64,000 bases of DNA from Psammoneis japonica (Eukaryota), in the NCBI GenBank assembly GCA_008632985.1, contig QPGO01000031.1:1-64000 (forward strand), in the 5' to 3' direction. Shown one piece after another: positions 14,235 through 27,520 of the stretch; positions within the stretch are counted from its first letter, which is position 1, and each line of letters opens with the position of its first letter. Position numbers and translations under genes: made by a program. Under the pieces are notes generated by a model. It had not been told where the DNA came from and searched no databases. It saw only the letters and a list, made by a program, of their open reading frames with translations.

Positions 14235-14680
14235 TTTCAAGTATAGCACACTTGAGGGACGTGTTTCGTTTGCACACTGCACCAGACTCGCGAATAAATA
14301 CAGCGTAGAATTTTAAAGTGAAACAAGTAGCTAGGAAGAGCAACTTGCGACACAGATGACAGAGTTGACAAACGAACTACGATGTAGTTGTCAAAAGACT
14401 GTGATGCCAACATCCCCACTGCACTGCACTTATTTTTTACGAGCGAATTTGCACAGAGAGCCCACAGAGGTGCTCTGTGCAATTTGTGCGTACCGGTACA
14501 TAAGCGGCATTCGCGCGGACTTTTGGGGTGGAACGCGCAACCGCAAAAAATCTGCAGCAAAAGCAAAAATGTCCTGTCTTGCTAATCTCCGCCCGACAGC
14601 GACGCCATGATGAAAACTCCACTCTGGGTGACCCGTTCATCTTGTTGCAGTTCCTGATTAGACCTCTTTTATTATTCAAC

Positions 14681-17361
14681 ATGGGAGGGAAAAACTTGTC
14701 GCCTTGCTTGAGACCTTCAAACGAGTTTGCAGAGATGGTCTCAAGAAGCTGCGAGAAAGCTTCTCCGAGTCGGAGACTGCAAATCCTGTTGCTGCAGCAG
14801 ACGCATCCATGTGGGAGGTCAAGGTGCTGAAAACAACGGATGCTGTTAATGAGTTTCACATGGAGCCTCCTGTTCCAGTTGAGAAGGTTCGTGAATGCGT
14901 CATCGCCCTCATCCAAGCCTTCCTCGCAGCAAAGTTTCGGTTGATGTTTGCATTTGATGGCAACAGGCATCCGATGAAGGCAAACGAAAGAGCACAGAGA
15001 CAGAAAAACTCAATGAAGCCCAGGCAGATTTAGACAAAATGCACAAAGGGGAACTTGTGTTGGCGTGGAAAGAGCTCCACAAGCTTTGGAAAGAACTGAC
15101 GCATCCGCGGGAGGACGCACATCACGCTGCACTTCAAGTTGCCGAAGAGCACAAGATCCCAGTCATCGGAGCCCCCTTTGAGGCAGATTGGCAGCCAGTC
15201 TCCCTTGCAAGGCAAAAGGTTGTAGATTTTGTTGTCACAGAAGACAGTGACATCCCAGCTTGTGGGGCGCCATCTGCGATTGCACGTTTGTCGAAAAATG
15301 GAAAGTGTTGTTTGGCGGACCTTCAGAAGACCTTGGAGTGCAGCCTTCCAAAGAAGTTGGGCATTCATTCTGGCTTGGCTTCAAGTGATCTCCAAGCAAT
15401 GTCTTGCTTTGGAGGGAATGATTTCATTGACAGCAAGGATGGTGTCGGACCGAAGTCCGTTGAGCAGATGATGCATGTGATTGGGTTAAACTTGATGACA
15501 TTAAAAAGCATGAGTTCCTTTGGGAGTTCGCTGATGGTGACGACGAATTCCACCACAGGTGGATGATGTCAATGACACTTCTGGGACATGGTCCAGCATT
15601 TCACATTGTCCCCAATGACAGTCAAAGTGATCCATGTTCTGCTTTGCTGGAGCAAAAGTGTTCTCTCAAACTTGTGTGTGTGAATTGCTCAGCTGTTGGC
15701 GCCAATTGTTGGGCATGGGGAAATGGCGACAAAGACTTGCCATTCATTGGGTTTGACCCCAACAATCAGCTTCAGTTGGGATGGCATGAATCTGCTCTTG
15801 CCAACAAAGATGCAGACGTCTTGCACAAAGATCTTTTCATGATGAAGAAATGGGCTCACACGGGTTGCTCTGCACGGGGTGTCGAACGTAGAAAAAATGA
15901 TGAGGGATGCGAGCTGCTTCCTGGAAGCTGTGTCAATTTTCAAAAACTTCCTGCACACCTTGTCCCAACCAAAGCATTGATGTTTTGGCTCGCAGTGCGT
16001 GGAATAAAGAAGTCACATGATGGCAGAAAAGATGTTGTGAAGGAGGCACAGAAGGTGCTCTTGAGGCGGCCAGCACCTCTGCCGCTCCCTGCAATGCTGA
16101 TGCGAGGTGGTGGAGGACATGTTGCATTCAAAGTTCTTGCTCCAAAGTGTGGTGCTGATGCCGGTTCTGTGCAATGGGAGACGGGCGATGATGCGCTGAA
16201 GACTGTTTGCAGCTGGATGGTTCCTCGGATTGATGACGCACACCATTTGTCTGAGTTCGGCAAACGCAATTCCTCGCGCATCCGAGCTCTGAACCATCTG
16301 AAAGGCGGCTCCTTGAATTTGTTGTCACTGAAGTGCACTCGAGAGCTTGGAGACAACCTTGATCAAGAGAAAGAACTCCCTGTGATCCATGCAGTTTTTG
16401 CACCTTCTGTTAAAACTTCGAAGAGCCAAAATCTCATGTGCGCAGTCCGCCTTGTCATCACACTAGATGAGAAAAACAAAACGTCGAAATTGCTTCCATT
16501 TCCATGCAGCACTTGTGGCTGCCCCAATGGAGCGGGACCATGTGCCCACAGGGACTGCTTCACACTCCCACTGCATGTCATTCAAACCAAGTTGACAGAG
16601 TGGGATTATGACAAGATTGAGGACATGCTCCCAAGCCCGATTGAGTCAGTCCAAGATCTCCTGATTCCTGTCTCTTTTGCACACCCAAGGAGAACCAGTG
16701 TTGGTGCCAAGGTGGATCGCTCCATGCGTGCCAAGCCAAAACACTGCAAGGTAGAGAAGCATCATGCAAGTGGTGAGAATCAACCCGAATCAGAAGAAGA
16801 CGAGCTTGCAGTTCCGGTCAACAATTTTGACATGTCCACGAGTGATGCGGAAAGCAACGATGAAGGTCAAGAAGAATCAAAAGAGGAAGATGCGGAGGAG
16901 GAAGATTGGAAAAATGATGCACCACACAATGCACTCCCCAGCAGCATGCCAGATGCATCTTTGAAGCCACCAATTGAGGTTTGCGATGAATTCGACATGT
17001 GGCCAGCAGAGCTTCAGCTTCATTTTGACAAAACTGGCTGTTCCACTCGACACAAAGAGAAAATCAAATTGTGGATGAAGCATCAAAACGAGCAAGACAA
17101 AATGATGATGATGCATTTAAGAAACATCAGCTGTTGCGTTTGCAGCAATTCCATGGCATCATTGAGAAGGGTGAGTTTCAACCGAGCATGTTGAGTCTCT
17201 TCTGCAAGCTGCAGCTCCCTGAGATCGAGGCGAAACTTGGAGAGTTGGAAAATGCAGATGCTGGCAGTTTGCGAAAATGTAAACAACTGGAGCGGAGAGG
17301 CAAAAAACAAGAGAAGAAGACAAAAAATGGCAGCACTGTTCCAACATTTGTTTGGACTTGA
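14681..17361 (+). pseudogene. XPG/FEN1/Exo1-family 5' nuclease fused to SAP-like and SWIM zinc-finger domains (transposon accessory gene, frameshifted)
   Basis: MGGKNL start, ADASMW and AFDG (XPG-N); APFEADWQ, VTEDSD and GNDF..GVGPKS (XPG-I/H2TH); ALMFWLAVRGIKKSHDGRKDVV (SAP-like); CGCPNGAGPCAH (SWIM). Confidence 0.75.
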
Positions 17362-17691
17362 AGTCAAACTTAAAGTGGTTGCAGTGCTTTGCAGGCACCT
17401 GGAGAGGACGACACAGATTTGCGCAGCCATGACCCCACACAACAAGGTCTTCAAAGCATGCAAACTTTTCATGCTTGATCAATCCGCACAGCATCCTGCA
17501 GGTTGTCACATGTGAGTGCACAGTTTCACATGTGCATCGCAGCTGACATGCCTTCGCATTCCTTTGAATCTGTTCAGGACTGAATTGAACACATCCACAA
17601 AGGAGTGCAGGGGTCAATGTCACACTGTGGTTCGGGCAGCTTCCTGAGGTCCCTGCAAATCCCTTGTCAGTCAAGACGAGCATCTCAATTG
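17360..17691 (-). pseudogene. C-terminal part of Harbinger/ISL2EU-type DDE transposase
   Basis: LTDKGF ... TPALL.G..QFSPEQ ... LRCTCE ... GLI ... ANLCRPL matches the second D and the E region of DDE_Tnp_4. Confidence 0.75.
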
Positions 17692-17988
17692 CATCAGAGT
17701 GCATGAAATGTTAAAAATGTGTAGATTTGCACAATGACAATTTGTCAAAACATTGCAAAAAATTGTTGTCATGCAATGAAAGGCCAACCTCTGGTTGCAA
17801 GTTTGCTGCACCAATGTTGCAACAACTCATTGAGAATCATGCATGCCATTTTTCACCATGTCCACATCACCACATCTGCCTCCACCTTGTTGCCACATGC
17901 CAGTGCGTGATTGCATTGCCACACAATCCTTGGTTTGTTGATTTTCACAAACATTGTTTTAAACAAGAAAAGCATTTCATCGGTTGAG

Positions 17989-19292
17989 TCAATCCCTTGT
18001 TGCGTCTGCAGTGCAATGACCGAGTGCTGTGTCAACTGTGTGCACATTTTCTTGCTGCAACTCTCTAAAACCAAACCAGTGATCATCATCGGACTCATCT
18101 CCATCGGACTCGTCTCCTCCGTCATTCGTTTTGCCTTTTGCACCATCCTCCTGCTCATCGTCATTGCTGTTGTCGTCCCTGCTGCTCTCCACCATTGGGC
18201 TGTTCATTGCCTTCACCTTCTCCGCATCACCGGTTGGCGCTTTCTTCTTCTTCTTTTTTGCTTCTCTGGACTTCTCGCACTCGCTTTTCTTGATCTCCGT
18301 GTGCCACTTTTCAAACTCCTTGCCCTCCTTGGAGTCTCTGTCTTTCGTCACCTCTTTGCACAAATCGTCGAACCGATTGATTCCGTCGTCTCCCCAAGAC
18401 ACTCATTGTTTCTTTGGCTTTGTGCACTGAGGGGCAGGCCTTGTTTCTTTGGGCTCCATTTCCTCACCCAATTCTTCCACCGCCTCCTCCTTTTTCCTGT
18501 GTGCCCACACCTGCCAACAATTCTCCATGGCCAACAGCGCCAAAGCTTCGTCACCAACCGCAAACAACTGTGAGACCTGTGCGTTCCCAGTTTTGCAGGT
18601 GCCACTCCATGCCTGCTTTTGCTTGGTTTGAGGTAGGATGTGATCACAGAACCACTTGCATGCCTGCTTGTTCCTTCGTTTGCCGCCGGTGACAGTGTCC
18701 AGGCTGAACAGATCCCATGTCAGCACAAACGGGACATCTTTCTCTTCATTCTTGTCACGGCTTGACTTTTTCCTGCCTTGCTTTTTCCTCTTGACTGCCG
18801 CCTTGAGTTTCTTTTCTTTTTCCTTTCCCTCTTCCTCAGCGACAATGCCCACATGGACAAAGCATCACCGTCATCTTCTTGTGAGACACACGCAACTCTT
18901 GAATCACACACATTGGTCACTTGACTTGCGGGCCATTGCCTCCGCCCCAATGGCCGAACACACCGTGTTTCTGCAATTGTCAATTTGCCTTTTTACCGCC
19001 TTTTTTGCCCATTCCTCCCAAGTTCCTGACCAATTTGAAGTGTCCATGTTGCCACCAGCAATCTGTTTCTTGACAAACATTGAGACGCTCCCATTGCTTG
19101 CCAATTCTGATGGACTGAGAAACTTCACCTGTGGAAAGAGATCATTTCTAGCCACCTTCTCTGCTTCTGATTTCAATGCACCATGCGCTGCCTGCGCACC
19201 TGTTCTCTTCAACACTGCCTGAAGTCTCGGGCTCATTGGCTCAACAGTCTCATTTTTCTTTCTCTTCTTTGCCGGTGGTGCTGGAGATGACA
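17989..19292 (-). pseudogene. Accessory gene of the Plavaka-like element (degenerate, frameshifted)
   Basis: Fragments KVARNDLFPQVKF, WFCDHILP, GDEALALLAMENCW and WGDDGINRFDDLCKEVTKDR, then an acidic tail. Divergent from the transposase gene. Confidence 0.55.
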
Positions 19293-19816
19293 TCTTGATC
19301 TTTTCACAGCAACAATGAGAGGAGTGTTGCTGTTCGACAGTGCAACCGTCGTTTGGGTTGTGTTGAGACAGCCAGCCACTCTGTTTTTCTCTACAAAACA
19401 TTGAACAAATCATTGTCAGTGACATTGAAATTTGAAAATGCATTTGTGCACAACAACGAACAGTCCAACTTGCTTTTAGATGTGGCTGTCATTGCGTTTC
19501 AACGGAGACAACACCCATGAGAATCATCCAAATCTGGAAGATGATGCAATGTTTGCCGATTTCCCGCCATTTTTTGCGTGTTGTTCTTCTTTTCCCTTCT
19601 CATCCACAAGACAAGGACGACAAGTGTGAGTCTTGATGAAGGCCCTGTCAATGTTGTCTGACCAACAATGGATGGAAACCCTCTTCTCTGTCCCGGGTGT
19701 GGCAAAAGTTTTTTGCAACAGCCTGCCATTGGAGATGCTCAACAACGTGTTGCTCAGTTGCCCAAGAGTTGCAAACCCAAGATCCAATCCCAGATCAAAG
19801 CAACATTCCTGCCACA

Positions 19817-22800
19817 ATGGAGGGGCCACCCAAAGAAAGCGGTGGTTCTTCCTCTTCATCCTCTGATGATGATGAATCCCATCCGAGGCAATCTGCTCAC
19901 AGCAGATTCCCAAGATCTTCAACGAGTGATCCAAGCAGCAGCCCCTTGTTCCCCTCCCTGGATGACGCACCGCACGGAATGGACGACATGTCCTCCATTT
20001 CATCAAACCACAGCATGCATGGAGTTGAACTTTTGGCAATGAACGATTTGGATGTTGGCGGTGGTCAATCCTTTGCTGCAGTGTTGGACGTGACAATGGA
20101 GGAGGAAGAGGACATTCACGATGAGGATCAACGTTTGGGGATCAGGCATCACGCTCCAGAAGAAGAGGCCTTGGCTTCTGCTCCCTCTTTGACAAATCTT
20201 GACGGAGCTTGTGTAGAGTTGTGCAAGAAGCTCATGGACACACGTGGTGCTCCCCTGGAATTGCACGACTGCATTGTTGATTTCATTGAGAGGCACACTG
20301 GGAACAGCAACGTGCAGCTTGGTGCAGTTCTGCCAAGGAGAAAAGAGTTGATGCACACCTCAACCAAGCATTTCCCCCTTCCACCCAGCGAGTCTATTTT
20401 TCCTGTCACTCTAGAAACCAAAAATTTCAAAACCGGTTTGCCAAAACAAGTGTCAGTGCCAAGATGGGATTTCACAAAGGTTTGGGAACAGTTTTCACTT
20501 GATCCTCACCTGTGGTGCAGCAGAGAGAATGTGGCCGATCCAGACAATCCTTTTGGGAAGTACAAAGCGAAGGGACCGGATGACAAGTGCCTTTTGGCGG
20601 GTGAGTGGTGCAGGCGCAGTTACGAAGAACAGATGACTGACCCGGAGAAACAATTTCTCGAGCGCAATGTCATTCACCTCGACAAGACTGGCAGGACACA
20701 AGGGATGGGATCACATCGCGGAGAACCAGTGATCATGACCTCTGCGCATGTTGCCTTCAACAAATGGTCAGATGAGAGTGTCTGGAAACCAATTGGTTGT
20801 CTCCCTGATTTGGAAAAGATGTCGTCATCTGCGGCAAAGAATCTCTCAAACAATCACAAGGCGGAGAAGGGACGCTCGTTGAGAGACTGCCACACTTGCT
20901 TGCATGTCATTTTGGAGCCACTTTTGGAAGTCATGAGAAAAGGAGGCATGAAAACATGCGTGCGACAAGGGGATGAGATGCGATGCCTCCACGTAATCCC
21001 ACTGATCGTTCTGATCACAGGAGACGCAAAAAGTGGCAACTGTCTCGTCGGACGATACGGTGGTCACAACTGTCGTCAACGTTGCTGTCGTTTTTGCCTC
21101 ACTGGCTTCAACAAACTGGACGACCCATGGATTGAATGCAAGTTCATCCGAGGACTGGATCTCCAACAAGTGCAAACTAAGGCCAACGACGACAACAGAT
21201 CAGACCAAGAAAGGAAGCACTGGTTGGGCATCTTGCATCACCTTGAGCAACACAACGTGCCTGCCAACTGTCTTTTTGAGGCGGACTTTGGTGCACAACC
21301 ATGTGGTGTCACCCTTGCGACAGCAAGCAACATGATGCATCTCTTTGAAAATGGCACCTTGAAAAGGGTGATCAATTCATTTGTAGACAGCATGACACCT
21401 GTGGTCGCAAGTGAGGTGGACAGCACAGTGGAAAGGATTTTCAGCAATCACCGGTAAACTTGCAAAGCATCCTTCTTGCTGACAAACTTCAAAGGAGGAG
21501 AAATGTCGTGTGCCTTCCTCAACTCTCACCACTGGGCTGGAATGGCTTTTGTTTTCTACCTTCTCCTGTTGACCAGCGAGGGACGAAACGCATGTAGTCA
21601 TGCTTCCTTGACGAGGACGCAGACAAACCCATTGTTCCAGAGAATCGCAAGACACCCAAAGCAAACTTTGAGAGTTGCTGCCAACCCAGTGAGCACTTGG
21701 ACTCTGACAATGAAAGGTTGGAGGAGTCCAAAGAGGGTGACTGGGACGAAAATGAGGATGAGAAAGAGGAGAGTGAGGCAGAGGATGGTGACGACAACCA
21801 AAAAAAGAAAAAATGCAAGGGAAAAAGACTTGACTGCAGCGTCCGGCAATTCATTCAATTGCTCGAGGACCTTCTTGTCTTCCATGCATGGTGCAGGCCA
21901 GGCGATCCACCCATCGCAAGCACAACTCCCAGTTCATCCATTCAGAAAATAAACAAGAAAATCCGTCTCCTCATTGACCGGATGGTGCAATTCGTCCCGT
22001 GAACAGAAGGACACGGGTGGAAGCTTCAAAAGCTTCATGAAACACTCCATCTCCCAGTGTTTCTTTGTTGTTGCCAACATGCAATGAACTTTGACGCAGG
22101 CTTGGGGGAGTGTCTCTTGAAAGACTTTTTCAAGCTGCCATCATCTGCCGCACAACAACGCAACCTCGACAGTTTTCTGAAGCAGGTCGTGTCGTGCATG
22201 GAGGACCAAATGAGGCTCAACACCGCAATTTCAGCTGACAGTTGGATTTTGCCAACTGGGAAAAAGGAAACATCAAGAGTCAGGACGGACAATCACACAC
22301 TGGGTGGAAGTGCATTCACTCTTGCCTGCAACCAAGGGATCGGCGCTGTGACGTTTGAGTGGAACAGCTTGCATGCTCGTTGCCAAGTTCATCCTGTGTT
22401 GCCAAACTTCATGTCGGAAAAGTGGGAGGATTGTGTTGGTGAAGACAGTGAAAATGCACATCTGACTTGTAAGACAGAGTTTTGCAATGCAAATGGGAGG
22501 GATGCGCACCGTGCGCACCCCAACCACAAAAGCGAAGGCCCATGGCATGACTTTGCCTGTGGTGTGACCTTTGGCACACGAAAGGGCGATCAACAGTTTC
22601 CTTCCCGTTTGCTGTGTTTCTTTGAACAGGAAGACAAAACATCAATTTTTGCAGTGGTCCATCCAACTGCTTGTCAAGCTGACCAGAGAACTGTGAGTCA
22701 ATGGTGTCAGCATGCAGACTTGGTCAGTCGCTGGCAGCTTGATCACAAACGAAACAACTGGCTTTCAACACCTGAGAAGACTCAGCACTCACCTGAGTTG

Positions 22801-22983
22801 TGGGTTGTCCCTGTCGAAGCAATTGGGGACAATGTTTTGGTTTGTGAAGAATGTCCAGGAGTGGCAGAAGCGCAAGAAAAGGCCCCATTTGTTTGGGCCA
22901 CACAGGACAGAAGGAAGTGTTGGTCAGATTTGTTTCTAAAACAGGTGGGACGCTTGTGTCAATCCATCATTCACTCACAGTGA
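19817..22983 (+). pseudogene. Plavaka-type transposase (degenerate)
   Basis: IHLDKT...GEP...WKPIGCLP...LITGDAK...CRFC...MMHLFENG...GWKLQKLHE...NFDAG.GE...HRAHPNHKSEGPWHDFA. Frameshifts present and a probable CGA>TGA stop at 22000. Confidence 0.75.
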
Positions 22984-24138
22984 TTTCCTGGCTCTTTCTT
23001 GCAAACATGATGAATTTGATCCTTTCAGAATTGGCAAAGTCATTGTGGCACACGTGAAGCAGTGCAGTGCGAGCACCTTCCATTGCTTTTGTTCTGAAGT
23101 CTTCTTCTGAAACTCCAAGACAAGCTTCTTCCTGATCGGAAGGCTTTCCCAACCACCGTTCTCGCTGTTCTTGGGTTGCAAGGTTGCGCTTGCAAAGAAT
23201 GTGCTCGCACGGCTCTTTGCAGCATCATTGTCCATTGTGCACACGTCGAACACAGCCAACAATTTCTTCCATTGTTTGACAACCTGGAAGAAGGTTGCAA
23301 GAGCAAAGGGAATCACTGTGTCCCCCCCTTCTCCGTTTTTGGAGAGCAAGGCCCGAAGATCAATTAGATTCTGGAAAAATTGAGTCGTCCCAAAATGAGA
23401 ATCGCACCACTCTCCATCTGGCATCCAGCAGCAGTCCAACATGATTTGGTCGAACCCATGATCATCGAAATCAACAATTTTCTCAAACTTCTGCTTGACT
23501 CTCTTGACGAAATCTCTTGCTTTCACATTGCAATTTAAGTGCAGATCAGGATGGCCATCTTGGAGAGAAACTGTTGGAACGACGTTTGTGATTGTTTTGT
23601 CAGTTTCCTCAAATGCCATTGCGCACGCCTCGTCTCGCCTGTGTTGGTCGGACGACACTGAGGCCACCCCCTTCTCAGAGCATGATTCTTGAGAAGACAG
23701 ATGCCTTGCATTGAGCGGACGGGTCATCCCCAACCACAGCACATGGTGTGTTTCCCCGTTGGTTTCGTCACTTGCAAAACAATCTCCCAAGTCGCTGTGG
23801 TCCTCTTCACCCTCAGAGCAATGTGCAACTTGGTTGTGCTCATCGTCAACAGGCTCTTCGCTTTTGTCCTCTTCACCCATGCAAGCAGTTGGAAGTTCAC
23901 TTGTTTTCTCGTCAATTGACTCCTCCTTGCAATCGTCACTTTTGTTCATTGCGAATGACAACAAATCACCGGCGGCCTTCTTCCTGTTAGAACGAGAATT
24001 CAATGTGACAATGTCAGTAAAATCAGACAAAAAACAAATGTGATTGCCATGAAAAAGTGACCTCTCTTTGCCGTTCCAGTTCGGCTCGAACTTCATCAAT
24101 CGACACGAATGGGACTGGCTCCCATTCACACCTTCCAA
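22975..24138 (-). pseudogene. Cargo ORF of unknown function, with a possible methyltransferase-like motif
   Basis: Long ORF with VLWLG and FDQIMLDCCWMP (probably DYYW before TpA mutation); family not recognised. Confidence 0.4.
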
Positions 24139-26280
24139 ACCACTTGATCATTGATTGCCCATCAGAGAACAAGAGCAATGGATGCTGTCCATGACAAAAG
24201 ACATCGCAGATTCCCATCTTTTCACGAGCGACACTCAGGTCACACAGCAAAGACTCTGGACCATTCTTTCCATGGTCTTCCAAATCAAAATCACCCTCCA
24301 TCCGTTCCAAGAGTAAATTGCACTCCTCCACCGGCACCTTCATTTCCTCCATTTGCTTTGCCGCTCCCAACTTGGCTGCCGGATAGACAAGATTACGAAG
24401 GTCAGGGTGAGCATGGATCCCTGTGCCACACAGCATCAACATCTGTGTAGAGTTCATTGATCTGAACTCTCCACAATCAGCGCCTGTGTGATCCCATGTT
24501 TGGACCACGGTTTTGAACACATCCTCGATCGCCTTGTGGTCAAACGTTGGCTTGCCAACATTGTCATTGATCCAGTCCATGACAACAACCAGTCCGCCAA
24601 CAAGCAAGTCCATCAAACCGTCAAGTTTTGTCCTGCACTCTGCCACATGAACCTCCTCAAAATCGAGTCCCGGGCTCTGCATGCGTCGGTCATTGCGATC
24701 CCCCGCAATGCTGCCGAACAGCCTCGCAGCTTCTCTGAAGCAATGAAGGACACAATTGCCAGCCACGAAAGGATGCTTCACAGCATCTGTGTTGCACAAC
24801 AAGCAGCAAAAACGGGAGAATCCGGTTTGACACCCAGCCACAATGGCATGACGAAAGCAATCGTGTGCACCAACCTCATCGAGGTTGTCGATGATTGCCG
24901 AACAACCGCGCAAGAAATTAAAGTCCTTCACGATGGCAAACGGAAGACATTTCCTCGGCATGACAATGACGGGGTGCTCAACTGTGTCGGACAGAAGATT
25001 TGGCTTGCCAATTTCCTCTTCCGCCCACACAGAGTGATGGTCAAGGAAAAAATCTTTGATGTTTCTGTGGGCTGGCTTGCCCGACGAAGGACGATGAGGG
25101 CCACGGTGTCTCATCATTTCTGCAGCATGTGACAGATCAAGTTTTGTGAAATGACCATGCACACGCAATCGGAACTCGGCACACCCATGCACTGAACTGA
25201 CACAGTTTCCAGCATTGCCTTTGGATGCAGTGACAACCTTCAACGACCAAGAGCGACCACCAGCGTCTCCCAGTGACGAGCAAAGAGCACCAGTCTTGGT
25301 GCACCCATCCATGTCACAATCCTCTTTGTCAATGTGTGGCTCGGTGTTCGAACCAACGGATTTTTCGCCGGACGACGAGATGCACTTCACTTGAATTTCC
25401 ACGCCTTCCCTTCTAATGTGCTTGGCTCCAACCATCTTGTGGAGCTCAGCGCGAAAAGACTGTCACGGTGCGGGTCATGGAAGGAACGCATTTCTTTCAA
25501 AGCAACAAGATTGATTTCGTCCTCGCAGAGTTGCGCAGCGTCCAAGATTGAGGCCATCATTGGCTGCACATCCTTTGGAAGCTTCTCCCACTTGTCCCTG
25601 CCAAAGATGGCACCAGGCTTGTGAGCAGGTCCCACTTCAGCTAACTCACCATCTGCGACTTTGTAATTCTGGCCACAACAACCAAAACAGATCCAACAGC
25701 ACAACTTGCATTCTGGTCCATCCCTTTTTTCGTTCGGCTCGCCATGTTCCAACACTGCACGGAGCATTGATGACACACTGAATCGCAATCCAAAAAAGTG
25801 TTTCTGATGCATCTTGTCCATGTGTGCAAATGAGTGACCACGTCGGAAAAATGAGAGGTTGACTGGGTCGGGCAAGCAATCGCAACCATCGATTCTTGCG
25901 TCAGATCATTGGGAGCTACGCCGTTTTCAAATCCATGCACAAACTTGCGGAGGTGATTCACCAAGTGGAAATCAGAGATGCTGCAGAACAACTGGTGCTT
26001 GACACAGTTCCCCTTGAAGGAACCGGAAATGGGGGTTTCCTCAAAGACGACAAGGTGAGAATGTTGTGACTTCACCTCACCCGGAATCGCAAACAGAGAT
26101 GGTTCAGGAAACACTTTCACAAGCTCTTCTTTTGTGAAATTGTCTGGCGGAGGAGGAGGTGACTGACAAGTTGCACCAAGGGTTGGCCACTTTGTTCGGG
26201 AATGTTCAAATTGTTCCTTGAGAGTCAGCACATCTTGGAGAATCAGCGATTCGTTCTGAGAAACATCAGAAGGTTCGCCA
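24023..26280 (-). pseudogene. Cargo ORF(s) of unknown function (frameshifted)
   Basis: Overlapping minus-strand ORFs 25641-26387, 25387-25875 and 24023-25435 with globular-protein-like composition; no recognisable family. Confidence 0.4.
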
Positions 26281-26479
26281 TCTTTGGGGTTTTTGAGACT
26301 GGGGCTTGAGGAGCAAAGGGAGGCGGCTAAAGAGGTGGCAAGAAGAACAGAAGAATTAGAGATGAGAAGAGGAGGACAAACAATCAATCAAACAACATGG
26401 TGGATTCATGCCATTTGGATTTTTTTGTTTCCGAGCATTTTTCATAATGGGGATGGAGTTGCATTGCCGATTTCTTTCT

Positions 26480-27520
26480 TTTTGTGCTGAGTGGCAAAGT
26501 CACAGAAGCCTGGCTTTCCACACAGCCTCAAAACGATCCCTTGCAGCCTTGCTTTTGCCGGAATTGTCAGCGGCAGAAACCACACGATCAATTTTCACAC
26601 ATCTTAAAAGAGTCTCATCGACATGTGTTGCACACATTTGTTCTCACTCGACATCGAGCATCGCCAGTCGCACAGGCTTTTCCCAAGAATTTTTGTGTTG
26701 GCGGAACAACGACTTTACGAATTCAGGGAAGGACATGGGGCATTCGTCTTTGGTTGTCTCACAGTGACCAAGAGCCAGGAAATTCTCCAAAAAGTTGATG
26801 CAAGTCGATGTCTCATCACATTCGCCGAACAGGGAGCAAAGCCAATGACCGCAATCACCATTCCTTTCAGGTGCGTGCGGTGGAATCTTGTCATGAAGAA
26901 CAAAAAAGCCAATGTGAAGGCATTGTGCGTGACGCAAAACCTTCCCTTCAAAACTTCTCAGCTTGATGTGCTTGACAAGTGGCTCTCCCTTTGGGTCGCA
27001 CAATCCGGGATCATGGAGAAGCTTGCACAACATGGAAATCTTTGCCATCATGTTGGTTGTGATGTCTGTTGATTTTGCCTTGTCGCCGACGACTTTCACA
27101 TCCTCTGCTTTGGGAGCACGGCGACACTCCAACGCATGAGGATGTTTGGCGCCTTGACTGGAATGACTCCATCCTTTTGCGGAAAGAAAGTGCAGCAAGC
27201 TCTTGTGCCCAAGTTCCTTTGCAACAATGCGGTTCACAGCCATTGGTTCTACAAAAAAATGAGGTCTGCCCTTTGACTTTTGCCACACATGGGCAAGCGC
27301 GATCCAATTCGGAGAGGGATCATGAGTGTGATCACGGTGGAACTGAACCTTGGATTTCACCGTCTCGATTGTCGCTTTGACACGGCTCCGCTCGTTGCTG
27401 TTGATCACTCCAAAACCATTGGCAAAGAGAGATTCAAATGCGGCCTCCTTGAGGCAGGAACCATTGTTGTCTTGCGACAGAGAGGCGACCGACAGGTCAC
27501 GCGGCGCCATGGTTGCTGTT
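26480..27520 (-). pseudogene. Cargo ORF of unknown function
   Basis: Protein-like part of ORF 26644-27732 (MAPRDLS...FANGFGVI...); boundaries approximate. Confidence 0.35.

Noticed and set aside
14235..14500. Outer TIR of the Harbinger-like element matching sequence near 39520-40560
   Set aside because: Only matches of about 6 bp were found, so the termini were left undefined.
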